Assembly (NCBI GenBank): GCA_913050095.1
Contig: CAJXAV010000003.1
Span: 577-64,576 of the forward strand
DNA: 64,000 nucleotides
Source of the DNA: an uncultured Gammaproteobacteria bacterium
GTDB taxonomy: Bacteria > Pseudomonadota > Gammaproteobacteria > Poriferisulfidales > GCA-002705445
Reading direction: 5' to 3'
The notes under the pieces were generated by a model. The model was not told the origin of the DNA. It saw only the letters and a list, made by a program, of their open reading frames with translations, and did no database searches. Shown here one piece after another: positions 9,078 through 24,461 of the stretch (its first letter is position 1; every line of letters begins with the position of its first letter). Position numbers and translations under genes: made by a program.

Positions 9078-10615
9078 TTATTCCCATTCAATTGTTGCTG
9101 GAGGTTTAGAAGAAATATCTAAGCAGACGCGAGATATCTCAGGAACCTCATTTATTATTCTTGTGGAAACCTCTTCTAAAAAATTAAATGGGAACTCAAA
9201 GGGTTTTGCTGTCATAAAGTCAATTGTTTTTACAGCTCTTAATGAAACTACATTTCCATATGAACGCCCGTCTCCTGTAACGCCAACAGACTTTACGGGC
9301 ATGAAAACAGTAAAAGCTTGTGATATTTTGTCATATAAATCTTTTTCATGTAACAATTGAATAAAAATATTGTCGGCTTGTCTTAAAATATCTGCATAAT
9401 CTTGTCTTACTTCACCAAGTATTCTTACTGCTAAACCTGGCCCAGGAAAAGGGTGTCTATTAATTAATTTTTTATTAATACCTAGCTCAAGTCCGAGCTT
9501 CCTTACTTCATCCTTAAATAATTCTCTTAAAGGTTCAAGAATTTTCAACTCCATATTTTCCGGGAGACCTCCCACATTATGATGTGACTTAATGAGATGT
9601 GCTTTGTCAGAGGCTGCTGCAGACTCAATAACATCTGGATATATTGTACCTTGAGCTAACCACTTTGCATTTTTTATTTTCTTAGATTCTGTTTGAAAAA
9701 CATCTATAAATGTTTTTCCAATAATTTTTCTTTTTTCCTCAGGTTCGGTTATTCCCTCTAATCTTTCTAAAAAAACTTTCGACGCATCAACATATATAAT
9801 TTTAATATTTTTAAAGTCTTTAAATCCGTCTTGAACTTGTTCTTTTTCGTTCAATCTTAATAAGCCGTTATCAATAAAAATACAAGTTAAATTCTCTTTG
9901 ACTGCTTCATGTAAAATTGCTGCGGCTACAGAGGAATCTACACCGCCAGACAAACCTAATATTACATTATCACTTTTTACTGTATCTTTTATTTTTATAA
10001 TTTGACTATCTATAATATTTTTAGTTGTCCATAAACCTTTTGAGTCACAAATTCTATGAATAAAATTTGATATTATTTTTCCATCATCAAGAGTATGAGT
10101 AACTTCTGGATGAAACTGGATTCCATAAACTTCTTTGTCATTTAATTTTACTGCAGAGATACTTTCGCTATTTGTAGATGCTATTTCAGAAAAATTGTCT
10201 GGTAAAGACACAACGCTATCTCCATGCGACATCCATACTTCAAATGTTTCGCTCAACCCGTTGAAAATTTCTGTATTTTTTTTTACTTTTAATTTTGCTT
10301 TTCCGTATTCACTCGATGATGATTTTTTTATTTTTGAATTAAATTTCTTACAAATTAACTGCATTCCAAAACAAATACCTAGCACAGGTATATCTTTTAA
10401 GAACAATTGGTCTGGCAAATCATATTCATTATTTTGTGATACGGAATTTGGCCCCCCTGATAATATTATTCCTATAACGTTATTAAAATTTTCTAAATTT
10501 TGAATATTATCTGGCTGCAAAACCTCGCAAAAGGTTTTATTTTCTCTTACTCTTCTTGCAATTAGTTGGGTGTATTGAGATCCGTAATCAATTACTAATA
10601 TTCTTTCTTCTTGCA

Positions 10616-10616
<1 letters not shown>
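9078..10616 (-). CDS. guaA: GMP synthase (glutamine-hydrolysing)
   Basis: Class I GATase N-terminus, then the ATP-PPase SGGVDSSV motif and the GMP synthase C-terminal domain. 512 aa. Confidence 0.95.
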
Positions 10617-13510
<2,894 letters not shown>

Positions 13511-13514
<4 letters not shown>

Positions 13515-13720
13515 TCTTCGCTTTTCCAGGCCCAAGGTGTTTCTTTACAAATCGCAAAATAAATATATACATTTATTAGCATAATTATCAATAATGCTAA
13601 TCCCGCTCCTATAGACCAAAGAATGTCGTGCGGATTGTTCTGAAAACCAAATTGATTCATTCCCCAAAAGCATATTGATGTAAATATAATCATTACTAAT
13701 GCTGCTATGTATTCTCTCAC
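13511..13720 (-). CDS. Small two-TM membrane protein (hypothetical)
   Basis: 69 aa hydrophobic ORF, co-directional with and 53 nt downstream of the ferredoxin reductase gene. No recognised family. Confidence 0.35.
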
Positions 13721-13773
13721 TTCGTTTCCCCCAATTAAGAAATAATATTGTTTGTAAAGTCTATCAGCTTTTT

Positions 13774-14841
13774 TTATTTTGATCCAGAATCTAGGAACTT
13801 ATCAAAGAATATTTCTTCGTTAGGCATACCTTCTGCTGTAAATTCTTTTATAGCTGCATCAATCATAGGCGGTGGACCACATAGAAATCCTTGGCAGTCT
13901 TTCATGTTTAATTTATCTTTTTCTATATAATCTGATTTTAGAAAATCAGTTACCATGCCTCTTGCGCCTTCCCAGTTAGAATCTTCTGGCTCCATATTTA
14001 AAACATACACGTATTCAAATTTAAAATTTGGATTCCATTTCTTTTGAATTTCTTTAAGATCCTCTTCACTGTATATATCTTCTTGTGTTCTTGCTCCAAA
14101 TAAAAATACTGCGTCTCTTTCTACTTGATCAATTGCTGCCTGCTCTAATACTGCTTTTACAGCACTCATGCCACTACCACCAGCGATACATACCATTGTT
14201 CCCTTACCGTCTCGATAATAAAAAGAACCAAATGGAGTGTTGACCTCTAATTTCTGTCCAGTGGGATCCTTTGCAAACAACCATCTACTAAATCTTCCTT
14301 TTGGAACATTTCTTACAAAAAATGATAGCTCGTTCGGATTTTCGTTTTGTGGAGCTTTAGCAAAAGAATAAGATCTTGATGACCCTACTTGTTTAACCAT
14401 AAGTTCTGAATATTGACCTGCAGCTCCATTATGTTCTAAATTATCGATCCCGATAGTTAGCTCCATAATATCATGTGTTAATGGAGTAACTTTCTTCACA
14501 ATGCCTTGATATGATTTTGTAGCACTCGCTTTTGCATCACCATCAATTGATACATCTATACTGACTGGTGTTTTAGCTCTAGATTGACATGCTAAAATCA
14601 TTCCATCTTTTAATTGCTCTCCATCTAAAACATAACTAAAGTCTGCTGTCGCAGTGATCTTTCCATCTGTTAGTTTACATGCACATGATCCGCAACTACC
14701 AACTCTGCAGTCATGAGGAAAAGCGACGCCAGCCTTTAAAGCTGCATCTAAAATATTTTGATCAGGCTCAACTTCAAATTTATATTGATCAGAATTTAAG
14801 CTGACTTCCTGAGGGCCTTTCTTTTTACCTAATCCAAACAT
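13774..14841 (-). CDS. 2Fe-2S ferredoxin / FAD / NAD(P)-binding oxidoreductase (oxygenase-reductase-like Fdx-FNR fusion)
   Basis: N-terminal plant-type 2Fe-2S motif CRVGSCGSCAC...C, FAD site RSYSFA, NAD site IAGGSGMSAV, and C-terminal CGPPPM. Confidence 0.8.
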   Translation of the reverse strand: MFGLGKKKGPQEVSLNSDQYKFEVEPDQNILDAALKAGVAFPHDCRVGSCGSCACKLTDGKITATADFSYVLDGEQLKDGMILACQSRAKTPVSIDVSIDGDAKASATKSYQGIVKKVTPLTHDIMELTIGIDNLEHNGAAGQYSELMVKQVGSSRSYSFAKAPQNENPNELSFFVRNVPKGRFSRWLFAKDPTGQKLEVNTPFGSFYYRDGKGTMVCIAGGSGMSAVKAVLEQAAIDQVERDAVFLFGARTQEDIYSEEDLKEIQKKWNPNFKFEYVYVLNMEPEDSNWEGARGMVTDFLKSDYIEKDKLNMKDCQGFLCGPPPMIDAAIKEFTAEGMPNEEIFFDKFLDSGSK

Positions 14842-14918
14842 AAAATATAGTAATTCCTTGTGTCTAAAACACTAACTTAGTTAATTAAAATTATATTTTC
14901 TAGTACGCAAAACCTATA

Positions 14919-15566
14919 CTACACTACATTAATCCCTACATTTCTAAGTGTACCAGATTCAACGTCTTCTTTTGTTGGAAGACAAGTATATGGAACAATA
15001 TCTTCTTTACTAGTAGAAGGATGTTCTTTGACAGCCGCACACCATTCGCTAACTTTTGCTCTTGAAGATATAACATCATTGCCAGAAATTTCTAGGGCAT
15101 TAACACATGCCATCCAATGTATATCCGCTAAAGAAAACTCACCGCATATATACACACCTTTTTTTAATTTTGGATCTGGTGGATTTGATAAAATATTCTC
15201 CAATATATCAAAAGCTTTATTAACTATATCCATATTTCCACCTGAACCAGTTAACATTCCATAAGCTTCCATTTGGACATAATCAGTTGCTATATGAGCA
15301 TATTGATACATTATTGCTCTAATAACTCCATTTCTTGGAACCAAAGAAGGGCCGAATCCTTTATCATCAAGATAAGATATTATTGCATTAGGACCATAAA
15401 CTATGTTGTCAAGATCTTTTAGAACTGGAGCACTATGTAATGGAGAAATATCTGCAGCTTCTTCCCCGCTATTTATTTTGTGTGCTTCTATATCAACGCC
15501 CTTTTCGGCAGCTGTTTGTAACGCCTTTGCTGTATTTATACAACTTGGGTTACCATATAATTGCAT
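14919..15566 (-). CDS. Glutathione S-transferase family protein
   Basis: Thioredoxin-like N-terminal domain plus GST C-terminal domain. The track ORF extends to 15593, but the GST-typical start MQLYGNP is at 15566. Confidence 0.7.
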   Translation of the reverse strand: MQLYGNPSCINTAKALQTAAEKGVDIEAHKINSGEEAADISPLHSAPVLKDLDNIVYGPNAIISYLDDKGFGPSLVPRNGVIRAIMYQYAHIATDYVQMEAYGMLTGSGGNMDIVNKAFDILENILSNPPDPKLKKGVYICGEFSLADIHWMACVNALEISGNDVISSRAKVSEWCAAVKEHPSTSKEDIVPYTCLPTKEDVESGTLRNVGINVV

Positions 15567-15629
15567 CGCCGATGCTAACTTATCACCGATCATATTTCCT
15601 CCTAAGGAATATTTTTATAAAATTCTATT

Positions 15630-15806
15630 CTATTCTATCTTTAACGCGCCTGATGGACATTCAGAAACAACATCTGTTATTTTATCTTCTGATGCTGCTG
15701 AAGTGTCTACAACAAACTTCCCATCTTCTACTTTAAAGACCTCTGGTGCACCTTGTACACATTTTCCAGCGTGAATACATACGCTTTCGTCCCATGATAC
15801 TTTCAT
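15630..15806 (-). CDS. Small ferredoxin-like iron-sulfur protein (divergent mono-cluster type)
   Basis: CIHAGKC...CPSGAL Cys pattern. Start re-assigned to the internal Met, MKVSWDESVC, because an AGGAG SD lies 7 nt upstream. The track ORF extends to 15851. Confidence 0.55.
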   Translation of the reverse strand: MKVSWDESVCIHAGKCVQGAPEVFKVEDGKFVVDTSAASEDKITDVVSECPSGALKIE

Positions 15807-15904
15807 ACCAATTCTCCTATATTTATAAACTTCAGGTCCTATTTTACCCAAAAAAGTTATTACTGCAAAGCCTTATATATATAAAGTAATATGAATTTTT
15901 TTAT

Positions 15905-16282
15905 TTATTTTGTATTTTTAAAGGTCAAACTTAAAGAATTTATGCAATAACGTTTGTATGTTGGTTTTGGGCCATCATCAAAGACATGTCCAAGATGACA
16001 ATTACATTTTGAACACTGGACTTCTACTCTAATCATGCCGTGTGAAGTGTCTTCTATATGTGAAATTCTTTCGTTTGATATTAATGAACTAAAACTTGGC
16101 CAACCTGATCCAGAGTCATATTTGTCTTTTGAGGAAAATAAAGGAGTATTGCAACATTTACAATGGTATTCTCCATCCTGATAAAAGTTGTTAAGATCAC
16201 CAGAAAATGCTGGTTCTGTTCCCTTATCTCTGCAAACGTAAAATTCTTCTTTTGTTAGTAATTTTTTCCAGTCTTTTTGCAT
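15905..16282 (-). CDS. msrB: Peptide-methionine (R)-S-oxide reductase
   Basis: 125 aa SelR domain with two CxxC zinc pairs and the GTEPAFSG motif. The catalytic signature around CHLGHVFDDGP is consistent with MsrB. Confidence 0.9.
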   Translation of the reverse strand: MQKDWKKLLTKEEFYVCRDKGTEPAFSGDLNNFYQDGEYHCKCCNTPLFSSKDKYDSGSGWPSFSSLISNERISHIEDTSHGMIRVEVQCSKCNCHLGHVFDDGPKPTYKRYCINSLSLTFKNTK

Positions 16283-16299
16283 ATAAAACTAAATTAATT

Positions 16300-18375
16300 T
16301 TAATCTAAGCCTTTCATTGTTAACTTAATTCTACCTTGCTTGTCAATTTCAAGAACTTTTACTTTAACAATTTCACCCTCTTTTACTTTATCGGTAACAT
16401 TCTCTACTCTTTCTTCGCAGATTTGAGAAATATGGACTAAACCATCTTTTCCAGGTAATACTGTAACAAAAGCTCCAAAGTCCATAATTTTTGCAACCTT
16501 ACCTTCATAGATCTTGTTAACCTCAACATCTGCAGTTAACTGCTCTATTTTTGTTTTTGCTAATTCAACAGCTTGTTTATCAACAGCAGAAACCTTAACT
16601 AAACCACTATCGTCAATATCTATAATTGCACCAGTCTCTTCAGTTAACGATCTTATAGTCGCCCCTCCTTTTCCTATAACATCTCTCACTTTATCTGCTT
16701 TAACTTGAATAGTCACAAATCTTGGAGCGTTTTCTGAAACTTCGTCTCTTGAAGATTTAATAACTTTAGCCATTTCACCCAAAATATGAATTCTTCCTTC
16801 TTTTGCTTGTTCTAAAGCAACCTTCATAATTTCTTCTGTAATACCATTAATTTTTATATCCATTTGTAAAGCCGTTACGCCATCATTTGTTCCTGCAACT
16901 TTAAAATCCATATCTCCCAGATGATCTTCATCCCCTAAAATATCTGATAAAACAACATATTCACTTCCTTCTTTTATTAAACCCATTGCTATACCCGCAA
17001 CTGGAGATGATATTGGTACGCCTGCATCCATTAAAGATAAACTAGAACCACAAACACTAGCCATTGAGCTTGATCCATTAGATTCTGTAATTTCTGAGAC
17101 AACTCTTATAACATATGGAAAATCTTCAACGGTTGGTAATACTGGCACTATTGCTCTTTTTGCTAATTTACCATGGCCAATTTCTCTTCTTTTAGGAGAC
17201 CCAACGAAACCTGTTTCTCCAACTGAATATGGAGGAAAATTATAGTGCAACATAAATTTATCTTCATATTTTCCGTCTATCGCATCAATAATTTGGCCGT
17301 CTCTATCTGTACCTAAGGTTGAAACTACAATTGCCTGCGTTTCTCCTCTTGTGAATAAAGCGCTTCCATGAGTTTTTGGCAATATACCAACTTCAATTGT
17401 TATATCTCTTATAGTTTTATTATCTCTACCGTCGATTCTTGGCTTTCCTGAAATTATATTTTTTCTTACTATATCTTTTTGTAGGTCATGAATAGAATCT
17501 TCTATACAATCTTTTTTACATACTTCGCCACTATTAAATTTTTCAACAGCTTCGTTTCTTATTTCATCTATTTTTATATTTCTTTCAGATTTATCTGATA
17601 TTAAATAAGCCTGAGTGACGCTATCTTTAAAATTATCGTAAACTTCTTTCTCTAAACTCTCATTTTCATTTTCCGGTTTTACCCAGCCATAATTTTTAAC
17701 TCCAAATTCTTCTGCAAAACTATTAATTTCACTTATTAAACTTTGCATTTCATTATGACCAAATGAAACCGCCCCAAGCATTACATCTTCAGTTAACATT
17801 TTAGCTTCTGATTCAACCATAAGAACCCCATCTTTAGTACCAGCTACCATTAGGTCTAGTTCAGATGTTTCTAATTCAGTTTTACTGGGATTTAATATGT
17901 ATGAACCATTATTATATCCAACACGTGCAGCACCTAATGGGCCTTGAAATGGGACTCCCGATATTTTTAATGCTGCTGAAGCACCTATTAGAGATGCAAT
18001 ATCTGCATCAACCTCACAATTCAAACTCATTACTGTGCAAATTACTTGAACTTCATGTGTAAATTCTTTAGGAAATAAAGGTCTTATAGGTCTATCGATT
18101 AGTCTTGAGGTTAGCGTTTCTTTTTCAGCAGGTCTTCCTTCTCTTTTAAAAAAACCTCCTGGGATTTTTCCTGCAGCATATGCTTTTTCTTGATAATTTA
18201 CTGTAAGTGGGAAAAAATCTCTTGATTGACCATCATCTTTTGCAACTACTGTTGTTAGTACTGTGGTTCCTTCCATGTTAACTAGAACAGCACTATTTGA
18301 CTGTCTTGCAATTTGGCCTGTTTCTAAAATTATTTCATGATTTCCATAGTGGAACTTTTTTTTTAAAGGTTTCAT
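16300..18375 (-). CDS. pnp: Polyribonucleotide nucleotidyltransferase (PNPase)
   Basis: 691 aa with two RNase PH domains plus KH and S1 domains. Confidence 0.95.
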   Translation of the reverse strand: MKPLKKKFHYGNHEIILETGQIARQSNSAVLVNMEGTTVLTTVVAKDDGQSRDFFPLTVNYQEKAYAAGKIPGGFFKREGRPAEKETLTSRLIDRPIRPLFPKEFTHEVQVICTVMSLNCEVDADIASLIGASAALKISGVPFQGPLGAARVGYNNGSYILNPSKTELETSELDLMVAGTKDGVLMVESEAKMLTEDVMLGAVSFGHNEMQSLISEINSFAEEFGVKNYGWVKPENENESLEKEVYDNFKDSVTQAYLISDKSERNIKIDEIRNEAVEKFNSGEVCKKDCIEDSIHDLQKDIVRKNIISGKPRIDGRDNKTIRDITIEVGILPKTHGSALFTRGETQAIVVSTLGTDRDGQIIDAIDGKYEDKFMLHYNFPPYSVGETGFVGSPKRREIGHGKLAKRAIVPVLPTVEDFPYVIRVVSEITESNGSSSMASVCGSSLSLMDAGVPISSPVAGIAMGLIKEGSEYVVLSDILGDEDHLGDMDFKVAGTNDGVTALQMDIKINGITEEIMKVALEQAKEGRIHILGEMAKVIKSSRDEVSENAPRFVTIQVKADKVRDVIGKGGATIRSLTEETGAIIDIDDSGLVKVSAVDKQAVELAKTKIEQLTADVEVNKIYEGKVAKIMDFGAFVTVLPGKDGLVHISQICEERVENVTDKVKEGEIVKVKVLEIDKQGRIKLTMKGLD

Positions 18376-18389
18376 TTTCTTCTCTTGGG

Positions 18390-18659
18390 TTATCTTCTTA
18401 AGCCTAAAGATGAGACTATTGTTTGATATCTATCAATATTCTTTTTCTTTAAGTAATCAAGGAGCTTTCTTCTAGTATTCACCATTTTTAATAATCCGTG
18501 ACGCGAATGATGGTCTTTTTTATGAACGCTAAAATGCTCTGTAAGAAATTCAATCCTTTTTGATAATAACGCTATTTGTATTTCCGGAGACCCTGTATCT
18601 GACTCTCCTTGTTGGTATTGCCCTATAACTTTACTTTTTTCTTCTGTTGATAATGCCAT
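18390..18659 (-). CDS. rpsO: 30S ribosomal protein S15
   Basis: Conserved S15 sequence. Start taken at MALSTEEK. The track ORF begins 3 codons earlier. Confidence 0.9.
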   Translation of the reverse strand: MALSTEEKSKVIGQYQQGESDTGSPEIQIALLSKRIEFLTEHFSVHKKDHHSRHGLLKMVNTRRKLLDYLKKKNIDRYQTIVSSLGLRR

Positions 18660-18730
18660 AATTCTCACTTATTCTTTAATTTAAGGGCGCATTCTATCAT
18701 GTTCTTTTGATGATACAAACATTAAGTTAT

Positions 18731-19618
18731 TTATACTAATATTTTCTTAGGTAATAGCTCAAAATTATCACTTATTTTACCAATTCCTAAAAAACTCTTA
18801 TCTGCATCATATATCTTAATAATTTCACATGGCTGATGATTAACTTTTAATTTATTGCCATTTTGGATCTTAAATTTATCTTCATTTGAAACAATGTATG
18901 ATTTTACATCATTAAAAAGTTTATCAACATTAACTATATAGTTATCTTTTAATTCATTAATAGTTTTTGAAAGAAATTCATCCAGACTTATTGAGTCTGA
19001 TAATGAAATATTATTTATTTTTGTTCTTACGAGCTTGCTGAGCAAAGCCCCTGAACCTATATCTTCTCCTAACTGTTCTGCTAAGGTTCTTATATAAGTT
19101 CCTTTTGAACAACAAACACTCATAGCTATGTGATTAGCATTTATTAGATCTAATTTTATATCATGTATAACAACTTCTCTTGATTGTCTTTCAATGGTAA
19201 TTCCATCTCTAGCATATTTATATAAAGGTATACCATTGTGTTTCAATGCAGAGAACATTGGCGGAACTTGTTTAATTCTTCCTTTAAATTTTTCTTCTAA
19301 AAAATTTAAATCAGATTCTTTTAAATTTAAGATATCGTTACTTTGATTAACTATATCTCCATCTAAATCCCCAGTAGTTGATATTTGACCTAATCTTATA
19401 GTTGCGTCATAACATTTATCGGAATTTAAAAAATAAGAACATAGTTTTGTTGCTTTATTAAAAAAAATTATTAAAATTCCACTTGCTAGCGGATCAAGCG
19501 TTCCTGAAAAGCCTGCTTTTTTTATATTCAATTTTTTTTTTACTTTTTTAAGAGCTTCATTAGAAGTCAATCCTGAAGGCTTATTTAAAATAAGGCAGCT
19601 TTGTTTAAAATTAGACAT
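18731..19618 (-). CDS. truB: tRNA pseudouridine(55) synthase
   Basis: TruB catalytic motif GTLDPLASG. 295 aa. Confidence 0.9.
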   Translation of the reverse strand: MSNFKQSCLILNKPSGLTSNEALKKVKKKLNIKKAGFSGTLDPLASGILIIFFNKATKLCSYFLNSDKCYDATIRLGQISTTGDLDGDIVNQSNDILNLKESDLNFLEEKFKGRIKQVPPMFSALKHNGIPLYKYARDGITIERQSREVVIHDIKLDLINANHIAMSVCCSKGTYIRTLAEQLGEDIGSGALLSKLVRTKINNISLSDSISLDEFLSKTINELKDNYIVNVDKLFNDVKSYIVSNEDKFKIQNGNKLKVNHQPCEIIKIYDADKSFLGIGKISDNFELLPKKILV

Positions 19619-19984
19619 TTAATATAAGTTTTTATTAATTAGCTCTTCTAGCTCAAACGCTTTTGATTCGGTATCATCAAAAATGAACCTTAAATTTGGT
19701 ACAGATCTTAAATTTGAATTTTTTGATAATTTTTTTTTAAAAAATAATTTAGAAGAATTTATTGTTTTTGTTATCAATTTAACTTCTTCTGGTTTTTTAT
19801 TTTTATGGTTAAAAATTATAAAAAATACTTTCGCATGTTTTAAATCTTTTGATATATCAACTTCTGTTATAACAACATCTTTAATTCTAGAATCATTAAT
19901 ATCATTTTGAATAATCTGCGCTATCTCTTTTTTTAATACTGAGCCAATTCTATGGACTCGTTGATTATCAGAATCATATTTCAT
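19619..19984 (-). CDS. rbfA: Ribosome-binding factor A
   Basis: 121 aa RbfA family protein in its canonical position between infB and truB. Confidence 0.85.
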   Translation of the reverse strand: MKYDSDNQRVHRIGSVLKKEIAQIIQNDINDSRIKDVVITEVDISKDLKHAKVFFIIFNHKNKKPEEVKLITKTINSSKLFFKKKLSKNSNLRSVPNLRFIFDDTESKAFELEELINKNLY

Positions 19985-22467
19985 TATTCTATTTTTCTGG
20001 CTACCTCTATTCTTGTAAATACTTCTATATTATCACCAGGTTTAACATCATTGTAATTCTTTACTGCTATACCACATTCAGTTCCTAATTTTACTTCTTT
20101 TACATCATCTTTATGTCTTCTGAGAGACTCTAATTCACCCTCGTAAATTACCACATTATCTCTTAAAACCCTTATTGGATTACCTTTAACGACACTTCCT
20201 TCTATAACTTGGCATCCGGCGACAGCGCCCATGGCTGATGACTTAAATACGTCTTTGACTTCTGCAAGACCAACAATTTCCTCTTTTGTGTCTGGAGTTA
20301 GCAGCCCGCTCATTCCAGCTTTAACATCATCTATTAAATTATAAATTATACTGTAATATCTTAGGTCTATATTTTTTTCAACAACAGTTTTTCTTGCCTG
20401 ATTATCTGCTCGTACATTAAATCCTAGAATCATTGCATTTGAAGCTTCGGCTAATGCAATATCTGATTCATTTATCGCTCCAACTGATGAACTAATAATT
20501 TTTACCATTACCTCTTCGTTATTTAATTTTAAAAGTGATTCACAAATTGCTTGGGAACTTCCTTGAACATCTGTTTTTAATAAAATATTAAAAGTTGGGA
20601 TTTCTCCTTTCTTTAAATTGCTAAATATATTATCTAGTGTTGGCGCCTGATATTGTGAAGCAAACTTACTATCTCTTATTTTATTTTTTCTAATTTCTGC
20701 TATTTCTCGAATTTTTTTATCATTAACAGCTGATAAAACTTCATCGCCTACCTCTGGTGCACCTGACAGTCCTAAAACAACTACTGGTGTTGATGGTGTT
20801 GCTGTATCTACTTTTTTTCCATCCTGGTCAATCATTGCTCTTATTCTTCCAAATTCTTGTCCACATAAAATATTATCACCTGTATTCATACAGCCCTTTT
20901 GAACTAAAACTGTTGCTGTTGCACCTTTACCTTTGTCAAGAGCAGACTCTAATACAATACCTGTAGCAGAACCTTTGGACACTGCTTTTAATTCTAATAG
21001 TTCAGCTAATAATGAAATTGATTCTAATAATTTATCTACACCTGTTCCTTCTTTTGCAGATACCTCAACAAATATATTTTCACCACCCCATTCTTCGGGA
21101 ATAATTTCATATTTTGTCAATTCAGTTTTTACGTTTTCCACATTTGAACCTTCTTTATCAATTTTATTAACAGCAACAATAATTGGAACACCTGCAGCTT
21201 TTGAGTGTTCTATAGCTTCTATTGTTTGGGGCTTCACGCCGTCATCTGCTGCAACAACTAAAATTACAATATCTGTGCAATTTGCACCACGAGCTCTCAT
21301 TGATGTGAATGCAGCATGCCCTGGAGTATCTAAAAAAGTTAACAAACCGTGTTTTGTTTTCACTTGATAAGCACCAATGTGTTGCGTAATACCTCCGGCT
21401 TCTCCTGAAGCAATTCTTGTAGACCTTATGTAATCCAATAAAGATGTTTTACCATGATCTACATGCCCCATAATTGTGATTGCAGGTGGTCTTGATTCTG
21501 CATCATATTTATCGTCAGACTCAATAGTAAGAAGATTTTTTTCTAAATTTTCATAATCAATCGTTGTTACCTTATGCCCCATTTCTTCAACAACTAGTGT
21601 AGCTGTGTCCTGGTCTAAAGTTTCGTTTATTGTTGCCATAACCCCCATACCCATGAGCGTCTTAATAACTTCGGCAGACTTTACGGATATAGCCGATGAA
21701 AGCTCTGATACTGTTATATATTCTCCTAGCTCTACAGTATAAATAACTGGTTCTGTAGGTTTTTCAAATTGATGCTTATCATCACTTGATGCATCTTTGG
21801 TTTTTTTTGATGATTTTCTTCTTATAACTCTATTATCGTCTGATATATGAATTTTTTGTCTTCTATTTTTTGGTTTTAATGAAGCATTAGACTTATCCTC
21901 ATTTACAAATTTTGTCTTAGACTTCTTTCTCCTTTTTTTACTGCTATCATCAGACTTATCGTCTTCTTGTATACTTTTCTCACTTTGGTTATTTGATTTT
22001 GTAGCGCCATCTTCAGAAATACTCTCTTGATTCTGATCTATTTCACTTATACTTTGTTGATTTAATTCACTTTCAGACAAAGTGTTTGCAATGTCACTTA
22101 CTTCTTCTGGATCTGATGGAAGCTGTTTTTCGTTGGAGTTAATTTTCGCATCATCTTTTTTTGTAATTTGATTATTTACTTTAGAAAATACTCTTTTTTT
22201 TCTTATCACTGTTTTAGATTTACTTTTTTCTTTATCTTTTTGCTTTATATCTATTTCAGATTCTTTCGAAGATTCGATATTATCAATTGAAGTACTTTTT
22301 TTATTTTGATTATTTCTTACATAATTTAATAGTTGCATTTTTTCTTCATCACTTATTAAATCATTTTCTTTTTTCTTTTCTACACCAGCAAGCTCCAGTT
22401 GATCAATCAGTCTCGTTACTGATAACCCAACAGTCTTGGAAAACTCTTTAACTGTGATGTCTGTCAT
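19984..22467 (-). CDS. infB: Translation initiation factor IF-2
   Basis: 827 aa with a low-complexity N-terminal region, a G domain ([12 protein letters not shown]) and the C-terminal IF2 domains. Confidence 0.95.
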   Translation of the reverse strand: MTDITVKEFSKTVGLSVTRLIDQLELAGVEKKKENDLISDEEKMQLLNYVRNNQNKKSTSIDNIESSKESEIDIKQKDKEKSKSKTVIRKKRVFSKVNNQITKKDDAKINSNEKQLPSDPEEVSDIANTLSESELNQQSISEIDQNQESISEDGATKSNNQSEKSIQEDDKSDDSSKKRRKKSKTKFVNEDKSNASLKPKNRRQKIHISDDNRVIRRKSSKKTKDASSDDKHQFEKPTEPVIYTVELGEYITVSELSSAISVKSAEVIKTLMGMGVMATINETLDQDTATLVVEEMGHKVTTIDYENLEKNLLTIESDDKYDAESRPPAITIMGHVDHGKTSLLDYIRSTRIASGEAGGITQHIGAYQVKTKHGLLTFLDTPGHAAFTSMRARGANCTDIVILVVAADDGVKPQTIEAIEHSKAAGVPIIVAVNKIDKEGSNVENVKTELTKYEIIPEEWGGENIFVEVSAKEGTGVDKLLESISLLAELLELKAVSKGSATGIVLESALDKGKGATATVLVQKGCMNTGDNILCGQEFGRIRAMIDQDGKKVDTATPSTPVVVLGLSGAPEVGDEVLSAVNDKKIREIAEIRKNKIRDSKFASQYQAPTLDNIFSNLKKGEIPTFNILLKTDVQGSSQAICESLLKLNNEEVMVKIISSSVGAINESDIALAEASNAMILGFNVRADNQARKTVVEKNIDLRYYSIIYNLIDDVKAGMSGLLTPDTKEEIVGLAEVKDVFKSSAMGAVAGCQVIEGSVVKGNPIRVLRDNVVIYEGELESLRRHKDDVKEVKLGTECGIAVKNYNDVKPGDNIEVFTRIEVARKIE

Positions 22468-22470
22468 TTT

Positions 22471-23967
22471 TTAATTTTTCCCCTCAAACATTGGCGCTCT
22501 AGCGGTCATAATTAATTTTCCGGCCAGTTCTTCAGTCATATTATTAATTGGTAATAACTCATCTATTGATTGGTCCGCTAGATCATCAATAGTTATTATT
22601 CCCCTGCAGGCTAGTTCAAATGCTAAATCGTTTGTCATTCCTTCCATTTCCAATAATGCTTTTGATGGTTCTGCATCCATATCTAATGACTCAGGATTTA
22701 TAGCTTGCTTTAACAAGTAATCTCTTGCTTTGCTTCTTATATCTTCAACAATATTTTCATCCAATGCATCTATTTCTGACATATCTTTTGGTGGGGCATA
22801 AGCTATCTCATCTACGCTAGAAAAACCTTCTTGTGCCAGCGTTAATGCTACCTCGGGAGTTATATCAAGATATTTTACAAAGCTTTCACTAATAATTTTT
22901 GTCTCTGCTTCACTTTTCTCATCAACTTGTCCTTCTGTCATTACATTTAAGTCCCAGCCGGTAAGTTGGCTAGCTAGTTTTACATTTTGCCCGCCTCTTC
23001 CGATGGCTTGCGATAACTTTTCTTCTTCAACAGCTATATCCATACTTTTTGAATCTTCGTCCATCACTATTGATAAAACTGCTGCGGGCGACATTGCATT
23101 TATTACAAATTGTGCTGGGTTTTCATCCCACAAAATAATATCTATCCTCTCTCCTGCAATTTCATTTGAAACTGATTGCACTCTTGAACCACGCATTCCG
23201 ACACACGCTCCAACAGGATCAAGTCTAGGATCATTTGATTTTACAGATATCTTTGCTCTAACACCGGGATCCCTTGCAGCACTTAGTATTTCTATTAAAT
23301 CTTGTCCTACTTCTGGAACCTCTAAGCTAAATAGTTTAATTAAGAAATCAGGATGTGTTCTTGATAAAAATAATTGAGGCCCTTTTGCTTCCGCTCTCAC
23401 TTCTTTTAAATAAGCTCTAATTCTGTCACCATTTCTAATAGCTTCTCTTGGGATAAGATCATCTTTTTCAATAAATCCTTCAGTATTATTACCTAAATCT
23501 ATTAGCACACCGTGATGTTCTACACGTTTCACAATACCCATAATTAATTCGCCGACTTTATTTTCATATGATTCAACAACTCGAAGTCGTTCAGCTTCTC
23601 TTACTTTCTGAACAATAACTTGTTTTGCAGTATGGGCAGCGATTCTTCCAAATGGTACAGACTCTATTTCTTCTTCTATAGAGTCACCAATTTCTATTTC
23701 ACTATGTTGTTTTGTTGCGTAAGCATGAAGGATCTGCGCATCTGGGGATGTGAACTCTGGGTCATCATCTGAGAGAACTGTCCATCTTCTATAAGTTGTA
23801 TAATCGCCTGTTGAACGATCTATTGCAACTCGCACATCGACGTCTTTTGAATATTTTTTTCTTGTAGCTGTTGCCAAAGCAATTTCAATTGCGTTAAAAA
23901 TAATTTCTTTATCAACATTTTTTTCATTTGAAACAGCATCAACAACATTTAAAATTTCTTTACTCAT
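22471..23967 (-). CDS. nusA: Transcription termination/antitermination factor NusA
   Basis: 498 aa with S1 and KH domains and C-terminal acidic repeats. Confidence 0.95.
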   Translation of the reverse strand: MSKEILNVVDAVSNEKNVDKEIIFNAIEIALATATRKKYSKDVDVRVAIDRSTGDYTTYRRWTVLSDDDPEFTSPDAQILHAYATKQHSEIEIGDSIEEEIESVPFGRIAAHTAKQVIVQKVREAERLRVVESYENKVGELIMGIVKRVEHHGVLIDLGNNTEGFIEKDDLIPREAIRNGDRIRAYLKEVRAEAKGPQLFLSRTHPDFLIKLFSLEVPEVGQDLIEILSAARDPGVRAKISVKSNDPRLDPVGACVGMRGSRVQSVSNEIAGERIDIILWDENPAQFVINAMSPAAVLSIVMDEDSKSMDIAVEEEKLSQAIGRGGQNVKLASQLTGWDLNVMTEGQVDEKSEAETKIISESFVKYLDITPEVALTLAQEGFSSVDEIAYAPPKDMSEIDALDENIVEDIRSKARDYLLKQAINPESLDMDAEPSKALLEMEGMTNDLAFELACRGIITIDDLADQSIDELLPINNMTEELAGKLIMTARAPMFEGKN

Positions 23968-23982
23968 TTTAATCTCTCCAGA

Positions 23983-24423
23983 TTATATCTTTAATCTTGC
24001 ACTATCTATTGAGTCATATTTAATTTCGTAATTGTCTTTATTATCACAAACTACTACGTAATCACTTGTAACACTTTTTATAGTACCTTTAATATTTTTT
24101 CTGCTATTTACTAGCCATTTTAATTTTATCTTCACACCTTTATTAAGATATTTGCCAAAATGTTCCTCAGTTATTAAAACTCTATCAAAACCTGGTGACG
24201 ATACCTCTAATATATAATCAGGATCACATAATTCTTCAGAATCTAATAAGTGTGACACCTGATAACTTACTTTTTCACAATCATCTATTTTTATACCCGC
24301 TTTACTATCTATATATAAAGTAATTTTAATTGAATTATTTTGCTGCCCTATATTGATACCCCACATCTCGTATCCCATGGATGTAACAATTGGTTTTACC
24401 AGCTCTGAAATTTCATTTTTCAA
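23983..24423 (-). CDS. rimP: Ribosome maturation factor RimP
   Basis: 146 aa in its conserved position upstream of nusA. The start is a probable TTG. Confidence 0.8.
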   Translation of the reverse strand: MKNEISELVKPIVTSMGYEMWGINIGQQNNSIKITLYIDSKAGIKIDDCEKVSYQVSHLLDSEELCDPDYILEVSSPGFDRVLITEEHFGKYLNKGVKIKLKWLVNSRKNIKGTIKSVTSDYVVVCDNKDNYEIKYDSIDSARLKI

Positions 24424-24461
24424 TTAAAGTCCACCTATTCTACAAAAATTTTACTCTTAGA